A DNA stretch of 64,000 bases from an uncultured Spirochaetales bacterium (GCA_964437835.1 CAYTJA010000466.1:6019-70018), one strand, 5' to 3'; counted from the stretch's first letter, positions 42,432-51,580 are shown. Numbers and translations are program-made. Notes: generated by a model from the sequence alone, not told the origin.

Positions 42432-43460
42432 CTAGGCGAGATGCTCCCAGTGCAGCGAAGCGCCGCCGCAGACGGGCACGCGCAACCTGCGCCCTACCAC
42501 GCGATCGAGCTCGCTGGCGTCGATGCCGGTCGCGGGGCGGCGCTCGCAGAGGTCGGCCGGCCCGAGGCGGGCGCCCGCGGGCAGGTCGCGCGCGGCCTGC
42601 AGGCCGCGCCGCGCGAGCTGCAGCGCCTCCCGCTCGGCGGCCCTCGGCCGCTTCTCGGGCTGGCCCAGCGCGGCTTCGACGACGCGTACGGCGCACACCA
42701 GCGCCGCGAGCTCCGCGGGCTCGAGCGAGGCCTGGTGGTCCGGCCCCGGAAGCGTGCGGTCGAGGGTGAAGTGCTTCTCGATCGCAACCGCGCCGAGTGC
42801 TACGGCCGCACACGCAACTTCCCAGCCGAGCGTGTGATCCGAATAGCCGACCGGCAGCCCGAAGTGATCCCGCAGCGTCTGCATCGCGCGCAGGTGGCAA
42901 TCCTCGGGCCGCGTCGGATAGCTCGAGGTGCAGTGCAGGAGCGTCACCGCGCCCGCGCCTGCATCGCGCAGCCAGCCGAGCGCGCGCTCGATCTCGGCGA
43001 GGCTCGCCATCCCGGTCGAGAGGATCACCGGTCGACCGCAGCGCCCGATCCGGCGCAGCAGGCGCGGATTCGTGATTTCGCCCGACGCGACCTTGAAGCG
43101 CGCGACCGGAATCGCCGCGAGCAGCTCGACGGACTCCTCGTCGTAGGGCGTCGACAGGAACTCGATGCCGAGCTGCGCGCAGAGCGCGGCGAGCTCCCGG
43201 AAGCCCGCGAGATCGAGCTCGAGCGCGCGCAAGAGCTCGCGCTGATCCCGCGCGCCCGTGCGGAGCTGATAGGCGGCCGTCGGCGCCGCGGCTCCGGCCA
43301 CACAGTCAGCGCGGAAGGTCTGGAACTTGACCGCGTCTGCGCCGGCCGCGGCCGCGACCTCGACCAGCTGGCGCGCGCGCGAGAGATCGCCGTCGTGGTT
43401 CACGCCGGCTTCGGCGATCACGGTGCAGCGGGGCGGAACACGCAGCTCGGATGCAGCCAT
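42432..43460 (-). CDS. neuB: nonulosonic acid synthase (NeuB/LegI/PseI family)
   Basis: Track ORF 42432..44420 trimmed to ATG 43460. VIAEAGVNHDGDLSRARQLVEVAAAAGADAVKFQTF, LSTPYDEESVELL, KVASGEITN, SDHTLG, and a C-terminal SAF-like domain. Confidence 0.9.
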   Translation of the reverse strand: MAASELRVPPRCTVIAEAGVNHDGDLSRARQLVEVAAAAGADAVKFQTFRADCVAGAAAPTAAYQLRTGARDQRELLRALELDLAGFRELAALCAQLGIEFLSTPYDEESVELLAAIPVARFKVASGEITNPRLLRRIGRCGRPVILSTGMASLAEIERALGWLRDAGAGAVTLLHCTSSYPTRPEDCHLRAMQTLRDHFGLPVGYSDHTLGWEVACAAVALGAVAIEKHFTLDRTLPGPDHQASLEPAELAALVCAVRVVEAALGQPEKRPRAAEREALQLARRGLQAARDLPAGARLGPADLCERRPATGIDASELDRVVGRRLRVPVCGGASLHWEHLA

Positions 43461-43564
43461 GCTGCAAGGGTCGGCCGCCTGCGCGCGCGCTTGAGCGCGG
43501 AGGCGCTGCACGAGAGCGGGCAGCTTCACGACTCCGGGAGATCCCCGATCGCCCGATCGAGTGT

Positions 43565-44248
43565 CTACCCGAGCAGGTCCGGGCTGCGCGCCTGCAGCAG
43601 CTGGAAGGCCTCCGCCGCGCGGAATCCCGACTGCGCCCCGCGCAGCCGGGCCTGGGCCAGCACGGCCTCGCGGCTGCGCGGGAACGGGAACTCCCCGAGC
43701 TCGCCGGCGTAGACCTCGAGGATTTCGAGCTTCCGCTCGAGGAAACGCGCGATTTCGACGAAGAGCTGCGGGTGGAAGGGAGCCAGCGCGTGCAGCCCAC
43801 CGGCCTCGGTCTCGGAGAGCGTCTCGTAGGCGAGGACCTGCTCGAGCTCCGGGCGCCGGAAGGGCTTGGCCGCCGAGGCGAAGGCCTCCGCGACGCCGCG
43901 ATGGTCGCTGTGCGCGTCGCCGGCGAAGGGCAGATACAGCCGCTGCGGCCGCAGCTCGGCCAGGATGCGCGCCGCGGCGCAGACGCGCTCGGCCACGGGA
44001 ATCGCGTCGACCGCGGTCGTCGGCCAGCCGAACGCGTGCACCCCCTTCATGCCGTAGGCGCGCGCGACATTCGCGATCTCGTCGCTGCGCGCCGCGATGC
44101 GCTCGGGAGCAAAGCCGGCCGCGGCGTGCATCGACGTCGCGATCACCCAGTGCAGCTCGTCGCCCGCGGCCGCGTGGCGCAGCAGCGTACCGCCGCAGCC
44201 GAGGGTCTCGTCGTCGGGATGCGGCGCAACGACCAGGACGACGCCCAC
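43565..44248 (-). CDS. PIG-L / LmbE family deacetylase
   Basis: Track ORF 43565..44437 trimmed to GTG 44248, preceded by GGGAGGAAAC. VLVVAPHPDDETLGCGGTL and HSDH motifs. Confidence 0.8.
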   Translation of the reverse strand: MGVVLVVAPHPDDETLGCGGTLLRHAAAGDELHWVIATSMHAAAGFAPERIAARSDEIANVARAYGMKGVHAFGWPTTAVDAIPVAERVCAAARILAELRPQRLYLPFAGDAHSDHRGVAEAFASAAKPFRRPELEQVLAYETLSETEAGGLHALAPFHPQLFVEIARFLERKLEILEVYAGELGEFPFPRSREAVLAQARLRGAQSGFRAAEAFQLLQARSPDLLG

Positions 44249-44307
44249 GTTTCCTCCCGCGGCCCGCAGGGCCGCCGTACCCCGTTTCGGCCGGAGGCGC
44301 GCTCGAG

Positions 44308-45360
44308 ATGACAGGCCCGACGCTGTGGGTCGAAGCCGTCGGCAGCCCCGCGTGGCCGACCTTGCTGCCCGCGCTGCGCGAGGTCGCGGGCCGCATCGTC
44401 GCCTTCGAGGTCGATCCCACGGCCGTCGGCGCAGCACTCGTGGACCGCTGCCTGCTGGTTCCCCCCTACCGCGAGCTGCGCGGCCCCGAGCTCTTCCTCG
44501 AGCTGTGCCTGCGCGAGCGTGTGGAGATCGTGCTGCCGAGCATCCACGAGGGCCTGGCCTTCTGGTCGCAACACCGCGCGCGCTTCGAAGCGCACGGAAT
44601 CGCGGTGCCGATCTCGCCGCCCGAGACGCTGGCGATCTTCGCCGACAAGTGGGAGACCTACCGATTCTTCCGGCGCCACGGAATTCCGACGCCCGCGACC
44701 TCGCTGCAGCACGAGTACGAGCTGCTCAAGCCTCGCGTCGGGCGCGGCGGCGCCGGGATCCGGCGCGCGCCGCCGGATGGCCGTCCGCTGCCGGAGGGTC
44801 TGCTCTCGCAGCAGCTGCTCGTGGGCCGCGAGATCTCGGTCGATGCGCTCTGCGCTGCGAGCGGCGAACCGATCTATCTCGTGCAGCGCGAGCGCCTCGC
44901 GGTGGAGTCGGGCCTCGCGATCAAGGCCCGCGTGCTGCAGGAGCCCGCGGTCGAGCGCGAGGCGCGCCGGCTGCTCGCGGCCGCACGCTGCTTCGGGATC
45001 GTGAACCTGCAGTGCTTCCTCGCGCCGGACGCCTCGGTCGCCTTCACGGAGGTGAATCCCCGCATTCCGGGCGGCCTCTCGCTGTCGATGCGCGCGACCG
45101 AGAATTGGTTCGCGGTGCTGCTCAAGCTGCTGCGCGGCGAGCCGATCGAGCCCGTACCGGTGCGGCGCGATCTCTGGATGCTGCGGCACTGGAGCGACGT
45201 GTTCAGCGAAGGCCCCCCGCAACTCGAATCTGCCAGCGCAGTCGCTGCCGCGCCCGAGGCCCCGAGACTCGCCGCGCGAATGACGGAATGGAGCTCGTGC
45301 GCCGCCGCGTCCTCGTCGTCAGCGGAATCCGCTCCGAGTACGACATCCTGTATCCGGTGA
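44308..45360 (+). CDS. ATP-grasp domain protein
   Basis: Track ORF 43561..45360 trimmed to ATG 44308. DKWETYRFFRRHGIPTP, LLKPRVGRGGAGI, EISVDAL, VNLQCF...EVNPRIPGG. The 3' 73 nt overlap neuC. Confidence 0.7.
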   Translation: MTGPTLWVEAVGSPAWPTLLPALREVAGRIVAFEVDPTAVGAALVDRCLLVPPYRELRGPELFLELCLRERVEIVLPSIHEGLAFWSQHRARFEAHGIAVPISPPETLAIFADKWETYRFFRRHGIPTPATSLQHEYELLKPRVGRGGAGIRRAPPDGRPLPEGLLSQQLLVGREISVDALCAASGEPIYLVQRERLAVESGLAIKARVLQEPAVEREARRLLAAARCFGIVNLQCFLAPDASVAFTEVNPRIPGGLSLSMRATENWFAVLLKLLRGEPIEPVPVRRDLWMLRHWSDVFSEGPPQLESASAVAAAPEAPRLAARMTEWSSCAAASSSSAESAPSTTSCIR

Positions 45361-46454
45361 TGCGCGCGGTCGAGGCGCATCCCGAGCTCGAGCTCGAGCT
45401 CTGCCTGACCGGCGCCCACCTCTCTTCGCGCTTCGGCGCGAGCGCCGATTGGGCGCTGCGCGACGGCTTCCGCGTGGTCGAGCGGATCGAGAGCCTGTTC
45501 GACTCCGACAGCGGCTCGGGTCGCCTGCGCGGCGCCGCGGTGCAGCTGCTCGGCCTCTCCCAGTGCGTCGCGCGCCAGGCGCCCGACTTCCTGTTCGTGT
45601 GTGGCGATCGCGAAGAGGCCATCACGACGGCGCTGGTCGGCGCCTATCAGAACGTGCCGGTCGCCCACCTGGCCGGAGGCGACCTCGCCGTCGGAAACGT
45701 CGACGACTCGGTGCGCCACGCGGTCACGAAGCTCGCCCATCTGCACTTCACGCTCTCGGAGCAGAGTGCGGAGCGCGTGCGCCGCCTCGGCGAGGAGCCG
45801 TGGCGCGTACACGCGGTCGGAAATCCCGCGCTCGACCGCATCCGCGAGGCACCCAGGATCTCGCGCAGCGAGCTCTCGAAGCAGCTCGGGATCGAGCTCG
45901 GCAGCGGCCCGCTCGTACTGGTGATCCAGCACGTGATCAGCAGCGAGAGCGCCTGCGGCGCCGATCAGCTGCGCACGACGCTCGAAGCGGTGAGCGCGCA
46001 GGGCTGCAGCGCGCTCGTGGGCCAGCCGAACTCGGACGCCGGCAGCCGCGCGATGCTCGAAGTGATCCGCGAGTTCGCGGAGCGCCATCCGCAGCTGAAG
46101 CCGATCCCGACGCTGCCCCGGGACCTCTTCGTGAACCTGCTGCGCGAGACCTCCGTGCTGGTCGGCAACAGCAGCCTGGGCCTGCTCGAGGCGCCCTTCC
46201 TCGGGCTGCCAGTCGTGAACGTCGGCCGGCGCCAGGGCGGCCGCGAGCACGCCGCGAACGTGAGCTTCGTGCCGCACGAACGCGCGGCGATCGCGGAGGC
46301 CCTGCGGCGCTGTCTCTGCGACCGCGCGCTGCGCGAGCAGATCTCGCACATCGCACAGCCCTTCGGCGACGGGCACTCTGGCCCGCACATCGCAGAGCTG
46401 CTCGCGCGCGCACCCGAGCGCGAGCGCCTGCTGGTGAAACGATGGACCTACTGA
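45288..46454 (+). CDS. neuC: UDP/GDP-N-acetylhexosamine 2-epimerase, hydrolysing (NeuC/LegG family)
   Basis: Track ORF 44097..46454 trimmed to ATG 45288. VVSGIRSEYDILYPVM, GDREEAI, VAHLAGGD, HAVTKLAHLHF, GNSSLGLLEAPFLGLPVVNVGRRQ. Confidence 0.85.
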   Translation: MELVRRRVLVVSGIRSEYDILYPVMRAVEAHPELELELCLTGAHLSSRFGASADWALRDGFRVVERIESLFDSDSGSGRLRGAAVQLLGLSQCVARQAPDFLFVCGDREEAITTALVGAYQNVPVAHLAGGDLAVGNVDDSVRHAVTKLAHLHFTLSEQSAERVRRLGEEPWRVHAVGNPALDRIREAPRISRSELSKQLGIELGSGPLVLVIQHVISSESACGADQLRTTLEAVSAQGCSALVGQPNSDAGSRAMLEVIREFAERHPQLKPIPTLPRDLFVNLLRETSVLVGNSSLGLLEAPFLGLPVVNVGRRQGGREHAANVSFVPHERAAIAEALRRCLCDRALREQISHIAQPFGDGHSGPHIAELLARAPERERLLVKRWTY

Positions 46455-46981
46455 GCGCCGAGACACCGCCCCTGCGCGTGCTCTTCGTCTGCACCGGAAA
46501 CATCTGCCGCTCGCCGATGGCCGAAGCGGTGCTGCGCACGCTCGGAAGCAGGCCCGGCGCGCGGCTGCCGGCCTGCGTCGCCTCCGCCGGCCTGCGCGAC
46601 GTCCACTCCGGAAGCGGAGCCGACGAACGCGCGGTAGCAGTGGCGGCCGCGCGCGGCTACGACCTGCGCGCCCACATCGCGCGCGGGCTGCGCCGCGAGG
46701 ACTTCTCGCACTTCGACGTGATCGTCGGCATGGGCCCCTGGCACCAGGCGCAGATCCTCGCGCAGCGCCCGGCCGGCAGCCCGGCCGCGGTCTGCTCGCT
46801 GCCGGACTTCGTCGACGCGCCGCACCCCGCCGAGATCCCGGATCCCTTCGCGGGCACCCCGCTCGACTTCGAGCGCGCGCTCGACCTGATCGAAGCCGGC
46901 TGCCTCGGGCTCGCGCGCGCGCTGCGCCCGGTGGCCGCGCGCCGCGTCGCAGTGCCGGTAGAGGCCGCGTGCTCGCGCTGA
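46442..46981 (+). CDS. low-molecular-weight protein-tyrosine phosphatase
   Basis: Track ORF 45449..46981 trimmed to ATG 46442. CX5R(S) loop VLFVCTGNICRSPMAEA and a DP motif near the C-terminus. Confidence 0.8.
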   Translation: MDLLSAETPPLRVLFVCTGNICRSPMAEAVLRTLGSRPGARLPACVASAGLRDVHSGSGADERAVAVAAARGYDLRAHIARGLRREDFSHFDVIVGMGPWHQAQILAQRPAGSPAAVCSLPDFVDAPHPAEIPDPFAGTPLDFERALDLIEAGCLGLARALRPVAARRVAVPVEAACSR

Positions 46982-47682
46982 TCCCCGCGCGAGCGGGATC
47001 GAAGGGCATTCCGCGCAAGAATCTCGCGCTGCTCTGCGGTCGCCCGTTGATCGCCTGGAGCATCGACTGCGCGCGCAACGCGCGCGGCGTCGAGCGCGTA
47101 GTCGTCAGCACCGATTGCCCCGAGATCGCAGCCGCCGCGCGCAGCGCCGGCGCCGAAGTGCCCTTCCTGCGCCCGGCCGCGCTCGCGGGCGATCGCGTTC
47201 CGGGCATCGACCCGCTGCTGCACGCGCTCGCATGGCTCGCCGCGCACGAGAACTATCGCCCCGAGTGGCTCGTCACCCTGCAACCGACCTCTCCGCTGCG
47301 CGCGCCCGCGGACGTCGAGGCAGCCTTCGAGCTCGCAGAGAAGCCCGGCGTCGATTCTGTGGTGTCGGTCACGCCCGCAGCTGCGCATCCATTCTGGTCG
47401 AAGCGGATCGAGCCGGACGGCCGCTTGATCGACTTCCTCGCGGACCGTCCGGAAGTTCCGACGCGACAGGAGCTGCCGGAGGCCTTTGCGCTGAACGGGG
47501 CCGTGTATCTCGCGCGCCGGGAGATCCTGCAGGGCGCGCGCAGCTTCTACAACGAACGGACCTACGCGCTGGTGATGCCGCGCGAGCGCTCGGTCGACAT
47601 CGACACGCCCTTCGACCTCGAGCTCGCGGGCTGGCTGCTCGCCCGCGAGCAGGCGCGCAGGGCCGCGATCACCTCGCCCTGA
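46969..47682 (+). CDS. neuA: acylneuraminate (nonulosonate) cytidylyltransferase (NeuA/LegF family)
   Basis: 237-aa ORF. LALIPARAGSKGIPRKN, LQPTSPLR, NGAVYL. Confidence 0.85.
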   Translation: MLALIPARAGSKGIPRKNLALLCGRPLIAWSIDCARNARGVERVVVSTDCPEIAAAARSAGAEVPFLRPAALAGDRVPGIDPLLHALAWLAAHENYRPEWLVTLQPTSPLRAPADVEAAFELAEKPGVDSVVSVTPAAAHPFWSKRIEPDGRLIDFLADRPEVPTRQELPEAFALNGAVYLARREILQGARSFYNERTYALVMPRERSVDIDTPFDLELAGWLLAREQARRAAITSP

Positions 47683-48836
47683 GCCTCGGCGCCGAGCCCG
47701 CTGCTGCACGGCAGGCAGAGCACCTCGGCCTGCACCGCGTCGGCAACCGGACAGCCGCGCGGCGTCGCCGTCTGCGCCCCTGCGTGAGCCGGACTCCGGT
47801 GCAGCGGCTGCCAAAGCGGCCGCGTCTCGATGCCCTGCGCGCGCAGCGCGCGCGCGATCTCGTGCCGATCGCAGCCGAAGCGCGCCGCATCCACGCGCAG
47901 CGCCGAGAGCCAGCAGGAGCTCTCCGCCCACGGCGCCTCGGCCGGCGACGAGACCCCAGGCAGATCCGCGAGCTCCTCGGCATAGCGGCGCGCGATCGCG
48001 CGCTTGCGCGCGACGAACGCATCGAGCTGCTCGAGCTGAGCGAGGCCGAGTGCGGCCTGCAGGCTCGAGAGCGCGTAGTTGAAGCCGATCTCGCGGTGCA
48101 CGTACTCGACCGGATCGTCTTTGGCCTGCGCTGCGAGGTAACGCACGCGCGCGGCCAGCGCGGCGTCTCCCGTCACGAGCATTCCGCCGCCGCCCGCGGT
48201 CACGGTCTTGTTGCCGTTGAACGAGAAGCACGCGACGTCGCCCACGCTGCCGACCGGAGCCCCCGCGCAGGACGCTCCGAGCGCTTCTGCGGCGTCCTCG
48301 ATCAACCAGAGTCCGTTCTCGTCCGCGAGCGCCCGCAGCTCCGGGAGCGCTGCCGGATGCCCGAGCACGTGCACTGCGATCAGCGCGCGCAAGCGCGCGC
48401 CGCTCTCGCGCTCGACCCAGTCCGCGCCGCTGCGCCGGCAGCGGATGCTCAGGAACTCCTCGAGCTGGCTCGGATCGAGCTGCCAGGTGATCGGATCGAC
48501 GTCTGCAAAGACCGGCGCCGCACCCGAGTAGCGCACCGCGTTCGCAGGCGCGACGAAAGTGATCGCGGGCAGGAGCACCAGATCGCCCGCTCCGATCCGC
48601 AGCGCGCGCAGCGCGAGGTGCAGCGCCGCGGTGCCGCTCGCGGTCGCGACCGCGTGCGGGCGCCGTACCCGCGCCGCCAGCGCCGACTCGAAGCGCTGCA
48701 GCCAGGGCCCTGCCCCGGCGACCCAGCCGCTCGCGAGGCAGGCCGCGACGCTTTCCTGCTCGCGTCGGCCCAGCTGCGGCACCGCGAGCGGAATCCGGAT
48801 CTCGGGCAACTCCGGAGCCAGGGCAGCTGCGCTCAT
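47562..48836 (-). CDS. DegT/DnrJ/EryC1/StrS family aminotransferase (LegC/PseC-like)
   Basis: 424-aa ORF. ATASGTAALHLAL, DVACFSFNGNKTVTAGGGGMLVT (PLP-Lys region), EIGFNY. The 3' tail overlaps convergent neuA by 121 nt. Confidence 0.85.
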   Translation of the reverse strand: MSAAALAPELPEIRIPLAVPQLGRREQESVAACLASGWVAGAGPWLQRFESALAARVRRPHAVATASGTAALHLALRALRIGAGDLVLLPAITFVAPANAVRYSGAAPVFADVDPITWQLDPSQLEEFLSIRCRRSGADWVERESGARLRALIAVHVLGHPAALPELRALADENGLWLIEDAAEALGASCAGAPVGSVGDVACFSFNGNKTVTAGGGGMLVTGDAALAARVRYLAAQAKDDPVEYVHREIGFNYALSSLQAALGLAQLEQLDAFVARKRAIARRYAEELADLPGVSSPAEAPWAESSCWLSALRVDAARFGCDRHEIARALRAQGIETRPLWQPLHRSPAHAGAQTATPRGCPVADAVQAEVLCLPCSSGLGAEAQGEVIAALRACSRASSQPASSRSKGVSMSTERSRGITSA

Positions 48837-48843
48837 CGCAGCT

Positions 48844-49929
48844 TCATTCGAGGCGCCCGTCCTGGAAATCGACCTGCGCCTGCTGATAATCGGGCGGGCG
48901 CCCGATGTCGAGCCAGTACTCGAGGATCGGAAAGCTCGCGACGCGCCGGCCGCGCGCGAGCAGCGCGTCGATCAGGTCGGTCATCTGATAGGCGTCCTCC
49001 GCCGGAAGCAGATCCAGCGCCGACGGTTCGACCAGGTAGATCCCCGCATTCACGAAGAACGACAAGCGCGGCTTTTCGCGCAGGCTCTCGACGCGCGAGC
49101 CACGGCATTCGACCACCCCGTAGGGGATGTCGATGTCGTGCCGCCGCGTCGCGAGCGTGAGCTCGGCGCCCTGCTCGCGGTGGTAGACGAGCAGCGCACG
49201 GAAATCGACGCTCGTGAGGATGTCGCCGTTGATCACGAGGAAGGGCGCCGTCGCGCGCGCGAGTTGGCGCAGCGAACCCGCGGTGCCGAGCGGGCGCTCC
49301 TCGTTCAGGTAGCGCAGCTCGAGGCCCAGACCGCGCCCGTCCCCGAAGTGGCGGGTGATCTTCTCGGCCGCGTGGTGTGTCGTGATGTGCACCGTCTGCA
49401 CGCCGGCGTCGCGCAGGCGCGTGAGCGTGTGCTCGAGCAGCGGCCTGCCGCCGACAGGCAGCATCGGCTTCGGGGTGTGATCGGTGAGCGGGCGCAGGCG
49501 CTGGCCGCGCCCGCCGGCCATCACGACCGCCTCGAAGCTCGGGTCGATCTCGGGCACCAGCTGCTCCAGCGTCACGAGATCGACGACGCGGTTCTCGGCA
49601 TCGAGCAACGGCAGGTGACGGATGCCGTGGCGGCGCAGCAGCCGGCGCTGCGTCGCCGCGCGGCTGCCGACGCGCGCGACGACCGGCGCCCGGTAGGGGC
49701 CGCCCTCGCGGCGCCCGAAGAGATCCCGCACGGGCCGCTCGAGGTCGGTGCCCGCGAGCACCGCGCGGCGCAGGTCGCCGTCGGTCAGCAGGTCGAGCAG
49801 GCGCCCCTCCATGTCGACCACGACCACCGCGCCGCGCCGATTGCGGTCGATGCGCTGCATCGCCTCGCGCAGCTTTGCCTCGGGCGAGATCCAGAGCGGG
49901 TTGTCGTCGCGCTCCGCCGCGGCGCTCAC
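48844..49929 (-). CDS. CBS-domain sugar-phosphate nucleotidyltransferase (PtmE-like)
   Basis: Track ORF 48844..50754 trimmed to GTG 49929 (GTGA overlap with the upstream stop). CBS pair, then VVMAGGRGQRLRPLTDHTPKPMLPVGGRPLLEH, GTAGSL, NGDILT. Confidence 0.8.
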   Translation of the reverse strand: MSAAAERDDNPLWISPEAKLREAMQRIDRNRRGAVVVVDMEGRLLDLLTDGDLRRAVLAGTDLERPVRDLFGRREGGPYRAPVVARVGSRAATQRRLLRRHGIRHLPLLDAENRVVDLVTLEQLVPEIDPSFEAVVMAGGRGQRLRPLTDHTPKPMLPVGGRPLLEHTLTRLRDAGVQTVHITTHHAAEKITRHFGDGRGLGLELRYLNEERPLGTAGSLRQLARATAPFLVINGDILTSVDFRALLVYHREQGAELTLATRRHDIDIPYGVVECRGSRVESLREKPRLSFFVNAGIYLVEPSALDLLPAEDAYQMTDLIDALLARGRRVASFPILEYWLDIGRPPDYQQAQVDFQDGRLE

Positions 49930-50591
49930 GCTGCGCTCCTGCGCGCGACGCGCGCGGGGTTCCCGACCGCGACCGCGCCCGCTGCGACGTCCTCGAGCAC
50001 CACGGCACCGGCGCCGACGATCGCGCCCTCGCCGACCACGAGGCCCTGGAGCACCACCGCTCCCGCGCCGATGTGCGCGAGCGCTCCGACGCGCACCGCC
50101 CCCGCGAGGCGCGCACCGGTCGCGACGTGGGCATGGGCGCCGATCCGGCAGTCGTGCTCGACCAGGGCCCCGGTATTGATCAGCACGCCGGCCGCGAGCT
50201 CCGCACCCGCGTTCACGACCCCCCCCGCGAGCAGCGTGACCCCGGGCTCGAGCCGCGCATGCCGGGACACGATCGCCTTTGGATGCAGCACCCGCAGCGG
50301 CGCGAGGCCGGCCGCCACGGCGCGCAAGAAGAGATCGCGGCGCGGGCGGTTGTCGTGCGTGCCCCCGAGACCCATCGCGAAGTGCGTGGCGCCGCGCGCG
50401 CGCAGCTCCGGAAGCACTTCGTCGCCGCCGAGATGCCGCAGGCCGAAGGCCAGCAGCGTCTGCTCCGGGAGCTCCGGATCGACGACTCCGAAGAGCTCGA
50501 TCCCGCCCCCCTCGCAGAGCGCATCGAGCACCACGCGCGCGTGGCCCCCGCCTCCGATCAGCACGGCCCGGATGCGCTTCTGCTCGCTCAC
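49926..50591 (-). CDS. NeuD/PglB/VioB-family hexapeptide sugar N-acetyltransferase
   Basis: Track ORF 49926..50831 trimmed to GTG 50591 (VSEQKRIRAVLIGGGGHARVVLDAL...). C-terminal left-handed beta-helix repeats (IGAHAHVATGARLAGAVRVGALAHIGAGAVV...). Confidence 0.8.
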   Translation of the reverse strand: MSEQKRIRAVLIGGGGHARVVLDALCEGGGIELFGVVDPELPEQTLLAFGLRHLGGDEVLPELRARGATHFAMGLGGTHDNRPRRDLFLRAVAAGLAPLRVLHPKAIVSRHARLEPGVTLLAGGVVNAGAELAAGVLINTGALVEHDCRIGAHAHVATGARLAGAVRVGALAHIGAGAVVLQGLVVGEGAIVGAGAVVLEDVAAGAVAVGNPARVARRSAA

Positions 50592-50812
50592 GCCCCGGCG
50601 CCTTAGCAAGAGCCGTTCCAACGCAGCGCGAAGCCGGGCTGTCCGGGGAAGCCCCGAGCCGGGCAGCGGGGGGAAGACCCGGTGCGATCGCTGGCGCGGC
50701 AGGCCGATACCGCTCCGGGTGCCGCTCTGCGGCTGCGGGCCGCAGGGCCCACACTCAGGTATGTCGCCCGCAGTGCGTCGAGACGCCCGCAGCCCGAGAG
50801 ATCCGGAGCCGA

Positions 50813-51577
50813 ATGGACATCGCCACCACACTCGGACTCGCAGCCGCGATCGCGATCCTGCTGCGGGCCATCTCGATGGGCGGATCGCTGGCGCTCTTCT
50901 TCGACCTGCCCTCGGCGCTGATCGTGCTCGGAGGCACGCTCGCGGTCACGCTGATCCACCAGCGCCTCGGCAACGTCGTCGGCGCCTTCGCTCTGGTGCT
51001 GCACGCGTTTGCGGACCGCCGCCGCCCGAGCGCGGAGCTGGTGCCGGCGATCGTCGAGCTGGCGCAGAAGACGCGCAAGCAGGGCCTGGTCGCGCTGGAC
51101 GGAATTCCGATCCGCGATCCCTTCCTCGCGCGCGGCGTGCGCCTCGGGGTGGACGGACTCCCGCCCGAGACCGTGACTGCGATCCTCGCGAGCGACATCG
51201 CATTCACGCGCGAGCGGCACGAGATGGGGCAGAAGATCTTCCGATTCATGGGGAGCAGCGCGCCCGCGATGGGCATGATCGGCACGCTGATCGGTCTGGT
51301 GCAGATGCTCCAATCTCTCTCGGATCCCGAAAAGATCGGCCCTGGCATGGCCGTTGCGCTGCTCACGACCTTCTACGGCGCGCTGCTCGCCTTCGTCGTC
51401 TGCGGCCCGATTGCCGAGAAGCTCGAGACCCGCACGAACGAAGAAGTCGCGCGCAAGAAGCTGATCGCCGTCGGCGTGACTGCGATCCTGCGCGGCGAGA
51501 ACAGCGCGCTGGTGCGCAGCAAGCTCGAGGCCTTCCTCGCCCCGAGCGCGCGCAGCGGCGCTGCGCGAGACCGCTAG
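50813..51577 (+). CDS. motA: flagellar stator protein MotA/PomA
   Basis: Track ORF 50279..51577 trimmed to ATG 50813. GMIGTLIGLVQML and MAVALLTTFYGALLA motifs. Four TM helices. Confidence 0.9.
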   Translation: MDIATTLGLAAAIAILLRAISMGGSLALFFDLPSALIVLGGTLAVTLIHQRLGNVVGAFALVLHAFADRRRPSAELVPAIVELAQKTRKQGLVALDGIPIRDPFLARGVRLGVDGLPPETVTAILASDIAFTRERHEMGQKIFRFMGSSAPAMGMIGTLIGLVQMLQSLSDPEKIGPGMAVALLTTFYGALLAFVVCGPIAEKLETRTNEEVARKKLIAVGVTAILRGENSALVRSKLEAFLAPSARSGAARDR

Positions 51578-51580
51578 TCG

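Noticed and set aside
42432-44420. Single 662-aa minus ORF spanning neuB and the PIG-L region
   Set aside because: Only the C-terminal 342 codons (from ATG 43460) match NeuB. The upstream part is Arg/Ala-rich and competes with the PIG-L deacetylase, which is encoded in a different frame (43565..44248).
50703-50710. GCCGATAC, a sigma-28 -10-like octamer upstream of motA
   Set aside because: No TAAA-like -35 element lies at the required 14-16 nt spacing. This is a single short match in G+C-rich DNA.
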